NCBI GenBank assembly: GCA_965649125.1
Contig: CBFGJO010000003.1
Coordinates: forward strand, 1,459-65,458
Direction of reading: 5' to 3'
Origin: a candidate division WOR-3 bacterium
Lineage (GTDB): Bacteria; Hydrothermota; Hydrothermia; Hydrothermales; Hydrothermaceae
Length of the DNA: 64,000 bases
Part shown: positions 1-10,700 of the stretch, piece after piece
How positions within the stretch are numbered: position 1 is the stretch's first letter
How the letters are laid out: each line of letters starts with the position of its first letter
Program-made: the position numbers and the translations under genes
Notes under the pieces: model-generated
The model's input: the letters and a program-made list of their open reading frames with translations, nothing else
What the model was told of the DNA's origin: nothing
The model's database searches: none

Positions 1-1
1 A

Positions 2-628
2 AATGGCTCAGGGCTCCACTCTCATCAATCTCTTTTTAAAGAAGGCAAGAATATCTTTTATGATAAAAAGGATGAATATAATCTTTCAAATATTGCAAAA
101 TCCTATATGGAGGGTTTGCTCAAACATGCACGGGAAATAACTGCTATAACAAATCAATGGGTAAATTCTTATAAAAGACTCGTTGTTGGGTATGAAGCAC
201 CCGTCTATCTTTCCTGGGGAAGAAAAAACAGGTCTGCTTTAATTAGGGTCCCTGCTTTTAAGCCTTATAAACCTGAATCCTGTAGAATTGAATACAGGGC
301 TCCTGACCCTGCCTGCAATCCCTATCTTGCCTTTTCATGTATGTTAAGAGCAGGATTAAAGGGAATTGAAGGAAATTATAAATTGAGAGAACCAATTGAG
401 GAAGATATATATCAAATGCCCGAAGAAGTTAAAAAGAAATATGGAATAGATGCTTTACCTGATTCTTTATATTCTGCAATTTTACTTATGGGAAAAAGTG
501 AACTTGTAAAAAGTATTTTAGGGGAATCTTTATTTGAAAAATTCATAAAGAATAAAAAAGCAGAATGGGAAAGATATAGAATACAGGTTACTGATTATGA
601 AATTGATAATTATCTCCCAATACTTTGA
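2..628 (+). CDS. glnA: glutamine synthetase, C-terminal part (5' end outside window)
   Basis: The frame is open from the window edge. Translation from nt 2 reads NGSGLHSHQSLFKEGKNIF. It continues NQWVNSYKRLVVGYEAPVY..WGRKNRSALIRVP..RIEYRAPDPACNPYLAF, which are classic GS catalytic-domain signatures. Confidence 0.9.
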   Translation, partial: NGSGLHSHQSLFKEGKNIFYDKKDEYNLSNIAKSYMEGLLKHAREITAITNQWVNSYKRLVVGYEAPVYLSWGRKNRSALIRVPAFKPYKPESCRIEYRAPDPACNPYLAFSCMLRAGLKGIEGNYKLREPIEEDIYQMPEEVKKKYGIDALPDSLYSAILLMGKSELVKSILGESLFEKFIKNKKAEWERYRIQVTDYEIDNYLPIL

Positions 629-667
629 AATTATTTTTTTAAAACTTTATAATTTAAATTTTAAATA

Positions 668-2356
668 ATGAATTTTGAAATTTCATTAAGAATTGGTGGA
701 GAAGCAGGAGATGGTGCTTTAACAGCAGGGAATATAATTGCAAAAATTTTTTCAAGATACGGACTCTTTGTATCCACTTATAAAGACTTTCCTTCACAGA
801 TAAGGGGGATTCATACAAATTACACCATAAGAGCATCCTTTATGAAAAAATTTGCGAGACCATCAAAACTTGATTTTCTCTTTGCTCTTGATAGGGAAAG
901 TGTTTTTTATCATCAACATGAGTTAAAGAAAAACGGAATTATAATTGTTGAAAAAAAATTTTCCCAAGGAATAAATTTCAGAGAAGATTTAAAAGTTTTT
1001 GAAATTCCTTTTATAGATATTGTATTAAAAGAATTTAAAAAAGGTGTTTTTAAAAACACCATTTTAATTGGTGCTTTTTCTCAGTTTATCAATCTTGAAG
1101 AAAATTATTTTATAGAAATTTTAAAAGAAATTTATGAAGGGAAAAGTAAAGATGTATTAAATACAAATTTAAAGGCTTTTGAAATTGGCAAAAATTTTAT
1201 AAAAGAAAATTTTAAAGATATTGAAAAAATAAATTTTCCTGAAAAAAAAGAAAACGATTTTATCTTAATCTCGGGTAATGAAATCTGTGCACTCTCTGCA
1301 ATATATTCTGGATGTAGATTTTTTTCAGGCTATCCAATAACCCCTGCAACAGAAATTCTTGAATTCCTTTCAAAATTTATGCCAAAGTTTGAGGGTATTG
1401 TTTTGCAAATGGAAGACGAGATTGCAGCAATAAATGCAGCAATTGGTGCAGGAATCGCAGGTTTGAGGTCAATGACAGCTACAAGTGGACCGGGTCTTTC
1501 TTTAATGACAGAAGGGATTTCTTATGCGGGTATGACTGAAACACCAGTTGTAATTGTTGATTCTCAAAGAGCAGGACCATCAACAGGGATGCCAACAAAA
1601 TTTGAGCAATCCGATCTATTCCATGCAATATTTGGTGGACATGGAGATATTCCAAGATGTGTTTTAGCACCTTCCCATCCCGAAGAGATATTTGAATTTA
1701 CAAATCTTGCCTTTAACCTTGCTGAAAAATATCAAATACCAGTTATACTTTTACTTGATCAATTCTTATCTCAAAATCTTTTTACAATAGAGATACCCGA
1801 AATTGATAAATTTAAAATAGAAAGGGGAAAATTTTTAAAGGAGATAGATCAAGAATTCAAAAGATTTTCATTTACAGAAGATGGAATTTCTTATAGAACT
1901 TATCTTGGGCAGGAAGGAAAAATATTCCATATAACAGGTGTTGAACACAATGAAGAAGGTAATATAACAACATATGGAATTTTAAGGAAAAGGATGAGTG
2001 AAAAAAGAATTTCAAAATTGAATCATTTAAAAAAGGAAATGCCAGACCCTTTAATTTTTGGGGAAGGTAAAAATATAATAGTAACATGGGGTTCAACCAG
2101 GCTTGCAATAGAAGAAATAATTAACGAATTAAAAAATTTAAAACTGGTTGTTATAAGAGGAATTTATCCTTGGAAAGATGAATTAAAAGATATTTTAAAT
2201 GGAGAAAAAATAATTTGTGTTGAACAGAATTTAAGTGGCCAACTTTCTTTTATAATTGAAAATATAACCAAAAAAGAAGTAATAAAAATTTTAAAATATA
2301 CAGGAAGACCTTTTTATTCTGAAGAAATAAAAGAAAAAATAGGAAAATTTTTATGA
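668..2356 (+). CDS. 2-oxoacid:ferredoxin oxidoreductase, fused gamma/alpha subunit
   Basis: N-terminal GGEAGDGALTAG..FPSQIRG is a gamma-type domain. It is followed by GNEICALSAIYSGCRFFSGYPITPATEI and TATSGPGLSLM..DSQRAGPSTGMPTK (alpha subunit). There is a 4-nt overlap with the beta subunit gene. Confidence 0.85.
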   Translation: MNFEISLRIGGEAGDGALTAGNIIAKIFSRYGLFVSTYKDFPSQIRGIHTNYTIRASFMKKFARPSKLDFLFALDRESVFYHQHELKKNGIIIVEKKFSQGINFREDLKVFEIPFIDIVLKEFKKGVFKNTILIGAFSQFINLEENYFIEILKEIYEGKSKDVLNTNLKAFEIGKNFIKENFKDIEKINFPEKKENDFILISGNEICALSAIYSGCRFFSGYPITPATEILEFLSKFMPKFEGIVLQMEDEIAAINAAIGAGIAGLRSMTATSGPGLSLMTEGISYAGMTETPVVIVDSQRAGPSTGMPTKFEQSDLFHAIFGGHGDIPRCVLAPSHPEEIFEFTNLAFNLAEKYQIPVILLLDQFLSQNLFTIEIPEIDKFKIERGKFLKEIDQEFKRFSFTEDGISYRTYLGQEGKIFHITGVEHNEEGNITTYGILRKRMSEKRISKLNHLKKEMPDPLIFGEGKNIIVTWGSTRLAIEEIINELKNLKLVVIRGIYPWKDELKDILNGEKIICVEQNLSGQLSFIIENITKKEVIKILKYTGRPFYSEEIKEKIGKFL

Positions 2357-3216
2357 ATCAGGAAAAAAATTACGAAGGTAAAAAGCCGGGATGGTGCCCT
2401 GGCTGTGGTGATTATGCAGTACTAAATGCATTAAAAAAAGTTTTTTCAAAAAAGGGGGTACATCCTTCAAAAATAGTGATAGTTTCTGGAATAGGTTGCA
2501 GTGGAAAACTTGGTGATTATGTTGCAACAAATTCAATTCACACATTGCATGGAAGGGTTTTACCGGTTGCAACTGCAATAAAACTATCAAATCCAGAACT
2601 CCTTGTAATTGGGGCGAGCGGAGATGGTGATACTTACGCAATAGGTATTTCTCATTTTATACATACATGCAGAAGGAACCCAGAAATAATACATATTGTT
2701 ATGAACAATCAGGTCTATGGACTCACAAAAGGACAGTTCTCACCAACAAGTTTAAAGGGATTTGTATCCACTTCAACACCTTATGGAGTTAAGGAAGAAC
2801 CAATTGATGGTGTTTTACTTGCTCTTGAAAGTGGAGCAACATTTGTTGCAAGAGGTTTTTCTGGAGATGTTCCAGGTCTAATTGAAATATTTGAAAAAGC
2901 AATTGAACATAAGGGCTTTTCCTTCATAGATGTTCTCTCACCATGTGTAACATTTAATAAACTGAATACTTATGAATGGTTTAGAGAAAGAATATTTAAA
3001 ATAGAAGAACCTTTTGGAATAAAATATCTTCCAAGAGCAATAAGATTTGTAAGGGAAGCATTAGAAGAAGGAAAATTTTTAACAGGCGTAATATATAAAA
3101 CGCAAAAATTGACCCTTTCTGAACTTCTCTTAAAAGATAAAGAAATTCCACTTGTAAAAAAAGAGATTGAAGTAAAAAAGGAGGAAATTCTGGATATCTT
3201 TTCACTCTTTAAATGA
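2353..3216 (+). CDS. 2-oxoacid:ferredoxin oxidoreductase beta (TPP-binding) subunit
   Basis: Motifs WCPGCGDYAVLNAL, GIGCSGK, GASGDGDTYAIG and NNQVYGLTKGQ. Translationally coupled to the alpha subunit gene. Confidence 0.85.
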   Translation: MNQEKNYEGKKPGWCPGCGDYAVLNALKKVFSKKGVHPSKIVIVSGIGCSGKLGDYVATNSIHTLHGRVLPVATAIKLSNPELLVIGASGDGDTYAIGISHFIHTCRRNPEIIHIVMNNQVYGLTKGQFSPTSLKGFVSTSTPYGVKEEPIDGVLLALESGATFVARGFSGDVPGLIEIFEKAIEHKGFSFIDVLSPCVTFNKLNTYEWFRERIFKIEEPFGIKYLPRAIRFVREALEEGKFLTGVIYKTQKLTLSELLLKDKEIPLVKKEIEVKKEEILDIFSLFK

Positions 3217-4199
3217 ATGTAAAAGAGTTTCTGAAAAAAAAATATGAAATATTAAAAAAATTTAAAGGAAAAAGAATAGGAGTTTTATGCGGGGGAACTT
3301 CAACTGAAAGGGAAGTATCAATAAGATCAGGGAAAATGGTATTTTCTGCTCTCAAAAAACTTGGTCTTAATGCAAAACTCATCATAGTTGAGGCTGATTT
3401 TATTGGGGAAATACTGAAGGAAAAGATGGACATTGCCTTTTTAATATTTCATGGAAAACCCGGTGAGGATGGGAAAATTCAAGGATTTCTGGATTTACTC
3501 GGTATTCCCTATACAGGTTCTGGGGTTATTGCATCTGCCTGTGGAATGAATAAATTTATTTCAAAGAAATTATTTATCGCATCAGGTATACCAACTCCTC
3601 CAGGTGTTTTTATCTATAATTATGAAAATATAGAAGAAAAAATGAAAGAAATAAAGAAAATGGGGCTTCCAGTAATATTAAAGCCAAAGGATGAGGGCTC
3701 AAGTATAGGTGTTGAAATAGTAAAAGAAGAAAAATATTTAAAGGAAAAAATATTAGAAAAAAGAAAAATTTATAAGGATATACTCGTAGAAAAATACATA
3801 AAAGGAAAAATTGTTACAACAGGAATTCTTGGAACAGGGAAAGATGCTTTTGCACTTCCTGTTCTTGAATTAAGACCTGTAAGAAGAGAATTTTATGATT
3901 ACACTGCTAAATACACAAAAGGTGAAACAGAATTCATTATACCTGCTGAACTTCCTGAAGATGTTTATAAAAAGTTACAGGAATACTCTTTAATGGCTCA
4001 CAGGGTTTTAGAATGTAAAGGTTTTTCAAGAGTTGACGGAGTTGTTTCAGAAAAAAATGAAATATTTATTCTTGAAGTAAACACACTTCCAGGTATGACA
4101 GAGTTATCGGACTTACCTGCAGAGGCAAAAAAGGCCGGCCTTTGTTATGAAGACCTTGTTCTGTTTATATTAAATACATTATTTTATGAAACTCACTAG
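3213..4199 (+). CDS. ddl: D-alanine--D-alanine ligase
   Basis: GVLCGGTSTEREVSIRSG N-terminus; ATP-grasp core PVILKPKDEGSSIGV; LEVNTLPGMTELS near the C-terminus. Confidence 0.9.
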   Translation: MNVKEFLKKKYEILKKFKGKRIGVLCGGTSTEREVSIRSGKMVFSALKKLGLNAKLIIVEADFIGEILKEKMDIAFLIFHGKPGEDGKIQGFLDLLGIPYTGSGVIASACGMNKFISKKLFIASGIPTPPGVFIYNYENIEEKMKEIKKMGLPVILKPKDEGSSIGVEIVKEEKYLKEKILEKRKIYKDILVEKYIKGKIVTTGILGTGKDAFALPVLELRPVRREFYDYTAKYTKGETEFIIPAELPEDVYKKLQEYSLMAHRVLECKGFSRVDGVVSEKNEIFILEVNTLPGMTELSDLPAEAKKAGLCYEDLVLFILNTLFYETH

Positions 4200-5598
4200 T
4201 TCTTTCATAGGGATACTTTTATTCTTTCTAACAATTTTTTTACCGCTTCCCTTTGAAATTAACCAGAAAAAGGTTCTTGCAGTTTGTATTTTAATGGCAT
4301 ACTTTTGGATATTTGAAGTGATCCCAATTTACATAACAAGCCTTTTCCCAATTTTACTTTTCCCGAGTTTAAAAGTTTTAACCCCACAGGAAGCATCCTC
4401 CCCTTATTCTCAGCCAGAGGTATACCTATTTTTAGGAGGATTCTTCATAGCAAAGGCAATGGAAAAATATGATTTACATAAAAGGATTTCTTTCTTTTTT
4501 TTAAAGATTTTCCCTAAAAATTTAAAGGGAATACTACTTGGTTTAATGTTTTCTATAGGATTTATGTCTTCATGGATGAGCAATACTGCAACATGTATAA
4601 TGGCATTTCCGATAGCACTTGCAATATTAAAATCATTGGAAATTAAAAAAGAAAATATAGACAAGGCTTTTTTTCTTTCAATTGCATATGCTTCAACAAT
4701 AGGAGGAATTTCAACACCAATAGGAACACCACCAAATATCGTATTTTTAGGACAATTTAGAAAATTTTTTCCAGAATATCCTGAAATAACATTTGCAAAA
4801 TGGATAATTTGTTTTTTACCCCTCTCTTTTATTTTTTTATTTTTAACCTGGTTTTTGCTTTGCTTACTTTTTATAAAAAAAGAAAATATAAAAATTGATT
4901 ATAAAAAAATTCTTGAAGAAAAAGAAAAGATTGGCAAAATGAAAATTCAGGAAAAAATAATTTTAACTCTATTTGTTTTTGTTGTTATCCTCTGGCTTAC
5001 AAGAAGTTTCTGGGATAAACTCCTTAATTTAAAAAATTTTTCAAATGATGCAATTGTTGCAATCCTTGGCGGAGTAATTTTATTTCTAATCCCTTATAAG
5101 GAAGAAAAAAAATTGAAACCCATTCTTGAATGGGAAGTTGCAAAGGAAATTCCCTGGGGAATTTTACTTATATTTGGTGGTGGATTTTCCCTCGCTTCTG
5201 CTTTTGAAAAAACAAATTTAACACAAAAACTTGCAGAATATTTAAAAATTTTTAAGGATTTAAATCCTTATATTTTTATGACAATAATATGCACATTCCT
5301 TGTATTTTTAACAGAGGTAACATCTAACACTGCAACAGCATCTATAATCCTTCCTTTTTTAGGGAGTCTTTCAAAGGGGATAAATTTAAATCCATTATTC
5401 CTTATGCTTCCTGCAACAATTTCGGTTTCATTTGCTTTTATGCTTCCATCAGGAACACCACCAAATGCGATAATTTTTGCTTCTGGTAAATTAAAAATAA
5501 AGGATATGGCAAAAACCGGCTTTATCTTAAACTTTATAGGTGTTATTTTAGTTGTTTTATCTTTCTTTTTTTATGTAAGATTCATATTGAAGATATGA
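4186..5598 (+). CDS. DASS/SLC13-family anion:sodium symporter
   Basis: 470-aa polytopic protein with a duplicated SNTAT motif (WMSNTATCIMAFPIA, VTSNTATASIILP) and duplicated GTPPN hairpin motifs. Confidence 0.8.
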   Translation: MKLTSSFIGILLFFLTIFLPLPFEINQKKVLAVCILMAYFWIFEVIPIYITSLFPILLFPSLKVLTPQEASSPYSQPEVYLFLGGFFIAKAMEKYDLHKRISFFFLKIFPKNLKGILLGLMFSIGFMSSWMSNTATCIMAFPIALAILKSLEIKKENIDKAFFLSIAYASTIGGISTPIGTPPNIVFLGQFRKFFPEYPEITFAKWIICFLPLSFIFLFLTWFLLCLLFIKKENIKIDYKKILEEKEKIGKMKIQEKIILTLFVFVVILWLTRSFWDKLLNLKNFSNDAIVAILGGVILFLIPYKEEKKLKPILEWEVAKEIPWGILLIFGGGFSLASAFEKTNLTQKLAEYLKIFKDLNPYIFMTIICTFLVFLTEVTSNTATASIILPFLGSLSKGINLNPLFLMLPATISVSFAFMLPSGTPPNAIIFASGKLKIKDMAKTGFILNFIGVILVVLSFFFYVRFILKI

Positions 5599-6248
5599 TT
5601 AAGATAGGACCATCAATAATTGCAGGTGATTTTTCAAAACTAAAAGAAAATATAAAAAAGGCGGAAAGAGCAGGAATGGATTTCCTGCATATTGACATAA
5701 TGGATGGAGTATTTGTAAAAAATATAACCTTTGGCCCGATGGTTTTAGAAGCAATATCCAGTATGACTGATTTGCCACTTCATGTCCATCTTATGATAAT
5801 TGAACCAATAAGATATATAAAAGAATTTTCAATGATAAAAAATACCCGCCTTATAAGTTTTCATTATGAGGCAACAGAGAAAATTTTAAAAACACTTATG
5901 GAGATAAAAAAAGAGAATAAAAAAGTTGGACTTGCCATAAATCCTGAAAGCTCTTTTGAAAATATTAAAAAATTTTTAAATAAAATTGATGAGGTCCTTA
6001 TAATGAGTGTTCATCCGGGTTTTTCAGGACAAAAATTTTTAACATATGTATTAGATAAAATAGAGGAAATTAAAAGATATAAGATTCAAAAAAAATTAAA
6101 TTTTGAGATTGCAATTGACGGAGGATTAAATGAGGAAACAATACCACTTGTCATTGAAAAAGGAGCAGAAGTTCTTTGTATAGGCTCCTATTTTTTTAAA
6201 AATAAAAATTCGGTAAAATTTTTGAATAGAATAAAAAATGCTTCATAA
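5595..6248 (+). CDS. rpe: ribulose-phosphate 3-epimerase
   Basis: Motifs PSIIAGDF, HIDIMDGVFVKNITFGP, SVHPGFSGQKF and AIDGG. Confidence 0.9.
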   Translation: MIKIGPSIIAGDFSKLKENIKKAERAGMDFLHIDIMDGVFVKNITFGPMVLEAISSMTDLPLHVHLMIIEPIRYIKEFSMIKNTRLISFHYEATEKILKTLMEIKKENKKVGLAINPESSFENIKKFLNKIDEVLIMSVHPGFSGQKFLTYVLDKIEEIKRYKIQKKLNFEIAIDGGLNEETIPLVIEKGAEVLCIGSYFFKNKNSVKFLNRIKNAS

Positions 6249-7209
6249 ACTCCTATTTTTAGGTCTTTATTTAAATCCCTTTGTTGCAAAGAAAAAAGAA
6301 TATATGGAAAGAATATATGCACTTGCAGATTCAGGAATAATTAATTTAGTTGTGATTGATTTAAAAACAGAAAACGGGAAGGTATGGTTTAACGAAAAGG
6401 AATTAAAAGAGATTTCAAAAAAATGTGAAGAAAAAAATATTTATTTAATAGTAAGAATAGTCTGTTTTGTTGACAATAATTTACCAATTTATGAGCCTCA
6501 AAGGGCTATTTTAAGTAAAAAGAATAAGGATTTATGGAAAGATATGCATGGAAACTATTGGTTAAACCCATTTGACACATTAAACTGGAATTACAACATA
6601 GAGGTTGCTGAACTTGCAGCAAAATGTAATGTAAAGGAAGTGCACTTTGATTATTTAAGATTTCCCTCTGATGGCGATTTATCTGATATGGATTTAAAAA
6701 ATCCACTAAATTGGGAAAAGGAAGAAGCAATTAAAGAATTTTTAAGAAAGGCATTTTTAAGGTTAAAAAAATACAAAACTTTCATAGTGCCCTGTCTTTT
6801 TGGTTTCTCACCATTCTGGAATTCTGTAAAAAGGGAAGGACAGAAAATTGAAGAGGTTTCAAAATACTCGGATAGAATTGCACTGATGCTTTATCCATCC
6901 CATTATGGTAAAAATTTTTTGAAAGAGGCAAATCTTATAAGAGAAAGGGCAATATATTTTGAAGGAATAACATTAGCAAAAATAAGAACAAAAATTCCTG
7001 TTGAAGCATATGTTCAGGGATTTAATTACAGAGCAAAAAATTTCGGTAAAGAATATATTATTGAACAAATAAAGGGCGCAATTCTTGCAGGAGTTGAAAA
7101 AATAATAATATGGAATCCACAAGGAGAATATAAATACGCAATTAAAGCATTAAAGGAAATAAAAAATGAAATTACTAATAATTTTATTTTTAATCAAGGG
7201 TCAAGATAA
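6238..7209 (+). CDS. putative glycoside-hydrolase-like TIM-barrel protein (DUF4015-like)
   Basis: WLNPFDTLNWNYNIEVAELAAKCNVKEVHFDYLRFP resembles the DUF4015 core (W..p...W.Y....a.Ea...G..E.qFDYiRFP). Assigned from memory of the family. Confidence 0.5.
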   Translation: MLHKLLFLGLYLNPFVAKKKEYMERIYALADSGIINLVVIDLKTENGKVWFNEKELKEISKKCEEKNIYLIVRIVCFVDNNLPIYEPQRAILSKKNKDLWKDMHGNYWLNPFDTLNWNYNIEVAELAAKCNVKEVHFDYLRFPSDGDLSDMDLKNPLNWEKEEAIKEFLRKAFLRLKKYKTFIVPCLFGFSPFWNSVKREGQKIEEVSKYSDRIALMLYPSHYGKNFLKEANLIRERAIYFEGITLAKIRTKIPVEAYVQGFNYRAKNFGKEYIIEQIKGAILAGVEKIIIWNPQGEYKYAIKALKEIKNEITNNFIFNQGSR

Positions 7210-7729
7210 AGAAATCCTTAGAGAAAAATTTGTTTATAGTCTTCTTGAAATATACTTTAAAAAGGATAATCGAATAAATGATTGTGCAGATTTTATAAGA
7301 AAAACATTATTAAATGCTTTAAATAAAATAGATTTAAAGGACTTAAACATAAATAAAAGAACACCATTTTTAGTTAAAGAAAATGACAAGTTTTTTTATT
7401 CATCCTTTGCCGATGCAAAGAATCTAATATTATATAACACAATTTTTTTGGGAAAGGATAAAAATAAAATAGATTTAAAAACAGGTGATATCTTATTCTT
7501 TTACAATCCAAAACAAAAATTACCATACCACTCAATGATTTATATAAAAATAAAAGATAAAGAATTTCTAATATACCATACAGGACCTATAGGAGATAAA
7601 AGCGGAGAATTGAAATTAATAGAATACAATTTAATTTTTAAACATCCAGAACCGGTGTGGTTTCCAATTCCATCAAATGAAAATTTTTTAGGATTTTTTA
7701 GATTGAAATTATTTGATAATTTAGATTAA
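7166..7729 (+). CDS. DUF1175 (YfaT-like) protein
   Basis: NDCADFIRKTLLNAL, TGDILFF, LIYHTGP and WFPIPSNENFLGFFRLKLF parallel E. coli YfaT as I recall it (DCAGLVRFAANEAL, PGDLMFF, VIYHTG, WIPNDSNPNFIGIYRLNFL). Hydrophobic N-terminus. Lies directly upstream of the A2M gene. Confidence 0.6.
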   Translation: MKLLIILFLIKGQDKEILREKFVYSLLEIYFKKDNRINDCADFIRKTLLNALNKIDLKDLNINKRTPFLVKENDKFFYSSFADAKNLILYNTIFLGKDKNKIDLKTGDILFFYNPKQKLPYHSMIYIKIKDKEFLIYHTGPIGDKSGELKLIEYNLIFKHPEPVWFPIPSNENFLGFFRLKLFDNLD

Positions 7730-7755
7730 AATTATAAAATTAAAAGGAGTGGAAT

Positions 7756-10700
7756 ATGTTTTTAAATATAATCATAAGTTTTTATTTAAGCAGTTCTATT
7801 TATTTAAAAGGTGAGAAACCAAAAATCTATATAAGTGGATATAATATCGGCAAAGCAGTTATAAGGATTTACAAAATTGAGGAAGCCTATGAAATATTCA
7901 AAAAATCAAAGGATATAAATTATCCATTTTTAAAAGAAGAAAGAAAATCAAATTTATTCAAAAGTCTTGAAGAAGGATTAAGGGAAACTAACAAAAGGAT
8001 AAGAAATTATTTTAGAAGAAATGTGAAAGAAAAAGAGAGAATAGAAATTGTAGAGACTTTCAAAATTAAAAAATTGGAGGAAAAAAAGAAAGGATTCCCT
8101 TCACCTTTAAGAGAGTTTGAAATTGTTGAAGAATGGACAGAAGATTTTGGACACGAATGGATAAGTAAAGATATTGAAATACCTGTCAATCAGAAAGGAG
8201 TTTATCTTGTAGAGGTAGCAAATAAAAAACTACAAGAATTTATTCCTTTGATAATTACTGATATTGGATTTATAACAAAAGAAGATAACGAAAATTTATA
8301 TATTCTTGCTCAAAACCTTTTAAATTCAGAGCCATTGAAAAAAGCAGATGTATGTATTAAATCAGGTGAGAAAATATTAAAGGAAGGAAAAACTGACGAA
8401 AACGGAATTTTCTATTTTAAAAAGAAAGAAAAAAATTTTGATGTAATTCTTTCTTATAATGGAAGCATAGCAATTTCAAAATCCTATGCACCCTGGGCAG
8501 AATTTCTACCTGAAAGAGTTTACATTTACACAGATAGACCACTTTATAGACCGAATGATAAAGTTTATTTTAAAATAGTTGCAAGAGTTCTGGAAGGAGA
8601 AAATTATAACCTCTATAAAGGCTCTTTAAGAGTTAAAATTTTAAATCCAAAAGATAATATTTTATTTGATAAAGAACTTCTGACAAATGAGTTTGGAACA
8701 TGTGGGGATTCATTAATTTTACCAGAAAATGCAAACCTTGGAACTTATAGAATAGATGTGTGCATTAAAGATAAAAGATTTTATCAAATATTCAAAGTAG
8801 AAGAATATAGAAAACCTGAATTTTCTATAAAGGTGGAATGTGAGCCAAAAGTTTTAACCTCTTTTGAAAAGGTTAAAATAAAAGTTAAAAGTGATTATTT
8901 CTTTGGTGCACCTGTTTCAGGAGGCAAAGTTAAATTGAAAATTTCAAGAAGGCCACTTTACTTTTATTACTGGGGATTTTATGAAGAGTCTTGGGCACAG
9001 GAATTCATAGAGGAAATAGAAGGAAATTTAAATGAAAATGGTGAATGGGTTTATGAATATGAAATTCCCCAAATTGATAGATATTATAATTATATTATTG
9101 ATGCAGGAGTTGAAGATGAAAGTGGTATTCAGCAATGGGGAAAAACAATTTTTAAAGCAGGGAAAACAAAATATGCAATTGATTTAAGAACTGATAAATA
9201 TATTTATTCAAAAGATGAAGAAGTTCAAATTTATATTTATGTTAAAGACCTTGAAAATAAAAAGCTAAAAGAGGGAGATTGCAGGATAAAAATTTTTGAA
9301 AAGGAATATAATGTAAAAATAAAAGAAGGAGAGGGATTTTTAAAGATAAAGGCAGAAAAAACAGGATATATAAGAATATATGCAGAATTTAAAGATGAAA
9401 AGGAAAATTTAATAACCGATGAAGCTTTTATTTGGGTAGATGGAGTGGGTTATGCCTTTGAATATAAAGAAAATAAGATTCAGATCGTAACTGAAAAGCA
9501 TGAATACAAGATCGGTGAAAACTTGAAAGCGATTATATTTTCACCCTTTGAAAATGGATATTTATTTTATACAATTGAAACTTATAGAATTGAAAAAGTA
9601 GGTATTTTAAAAATTGAAAAAAATACGGGAACTATTGAACTTAAACTCAAAGAAAATTATTCACCCAACTTTTTTATCCATGTTTTAGGAAATAATGAAA
9701 ATAATTTTTATAATAATAAAAAAGAAATAAATTTAAAATATGAAAAGAATAAATTGGATATAAGTTTTGAACTTGATAAGGAGAAATATTTACCAAGAGA
9801 TAAGGCGAAAATTAAAATAAAAGTGAAAGATTTTGAAGAGAAACCTTGTGAAGCGGAAATCTCGGTTTTTATAATTGACGAAGCCTTACTTTCCCTTCAG
9901 GATCCTTTTGAAGAAAACATTTTCTCCTTTTTTTATCCAAAAAGAATAACTTATACAGGTTATAGATCATCTATAAATTGGAGATTTTATAGTTATGAAG
10001 AATATTATGAAGAAGGTGCCCTTCAAAGTAAAATTCCTTTAATGGTTGCAAAAGAATTTGAAGAATATGGAAGATTTGCAATAAAAGGAATTGGTGAAGA
10101 AATGATGATAAGAAAGGGATTCAAAGACCTCGCTTTATGTATTTTAAGAGAAAAAACTGATAAAAATGGTGAGGCAGAAATTGAGCTTAATCTTCCTGAT
10201 AATTTGACAACATGGAGAATAAGGGTAAAGGCTTTAAAAGAAAATAAATTTGGGGAAGAAGAAAAGAAATTTTTAGTTTCAAAAGACCTGCTTGCAAGAC
10301 TTATTTTACCAAGATTTATAAGGGAAAGGGATACTGTTATTATAAAAGGAATAGTTCATAATTATCAGGATAAAAAGGAGAGTATTGATGTTAAAATTGA
10401 AACAAAGGGTATTGAACTCATTGGGAAAAATGAAATAAAGATTGGTGAAATCTTGCCGGGAAAAAATAAACAGGTTAATTTTAAAGTGTATGCAAAAAAT
10501 CCAGGAAATGTAGAATTCACATTGATTGCAAAAGGAGAAAACTCTTATGATGCACTAAATCTTAAAATTCCTGTTCTTCCCCATGGTATGGAGAGAGTGT
10601 TATCAATTTCAAATGTTTTAACAAAGGACAAAGATGAATTTGAACTTGAAATACCAGAAGATGTTCAAAATTTTTACTCTGCTTTTTATATTTCCCCTTC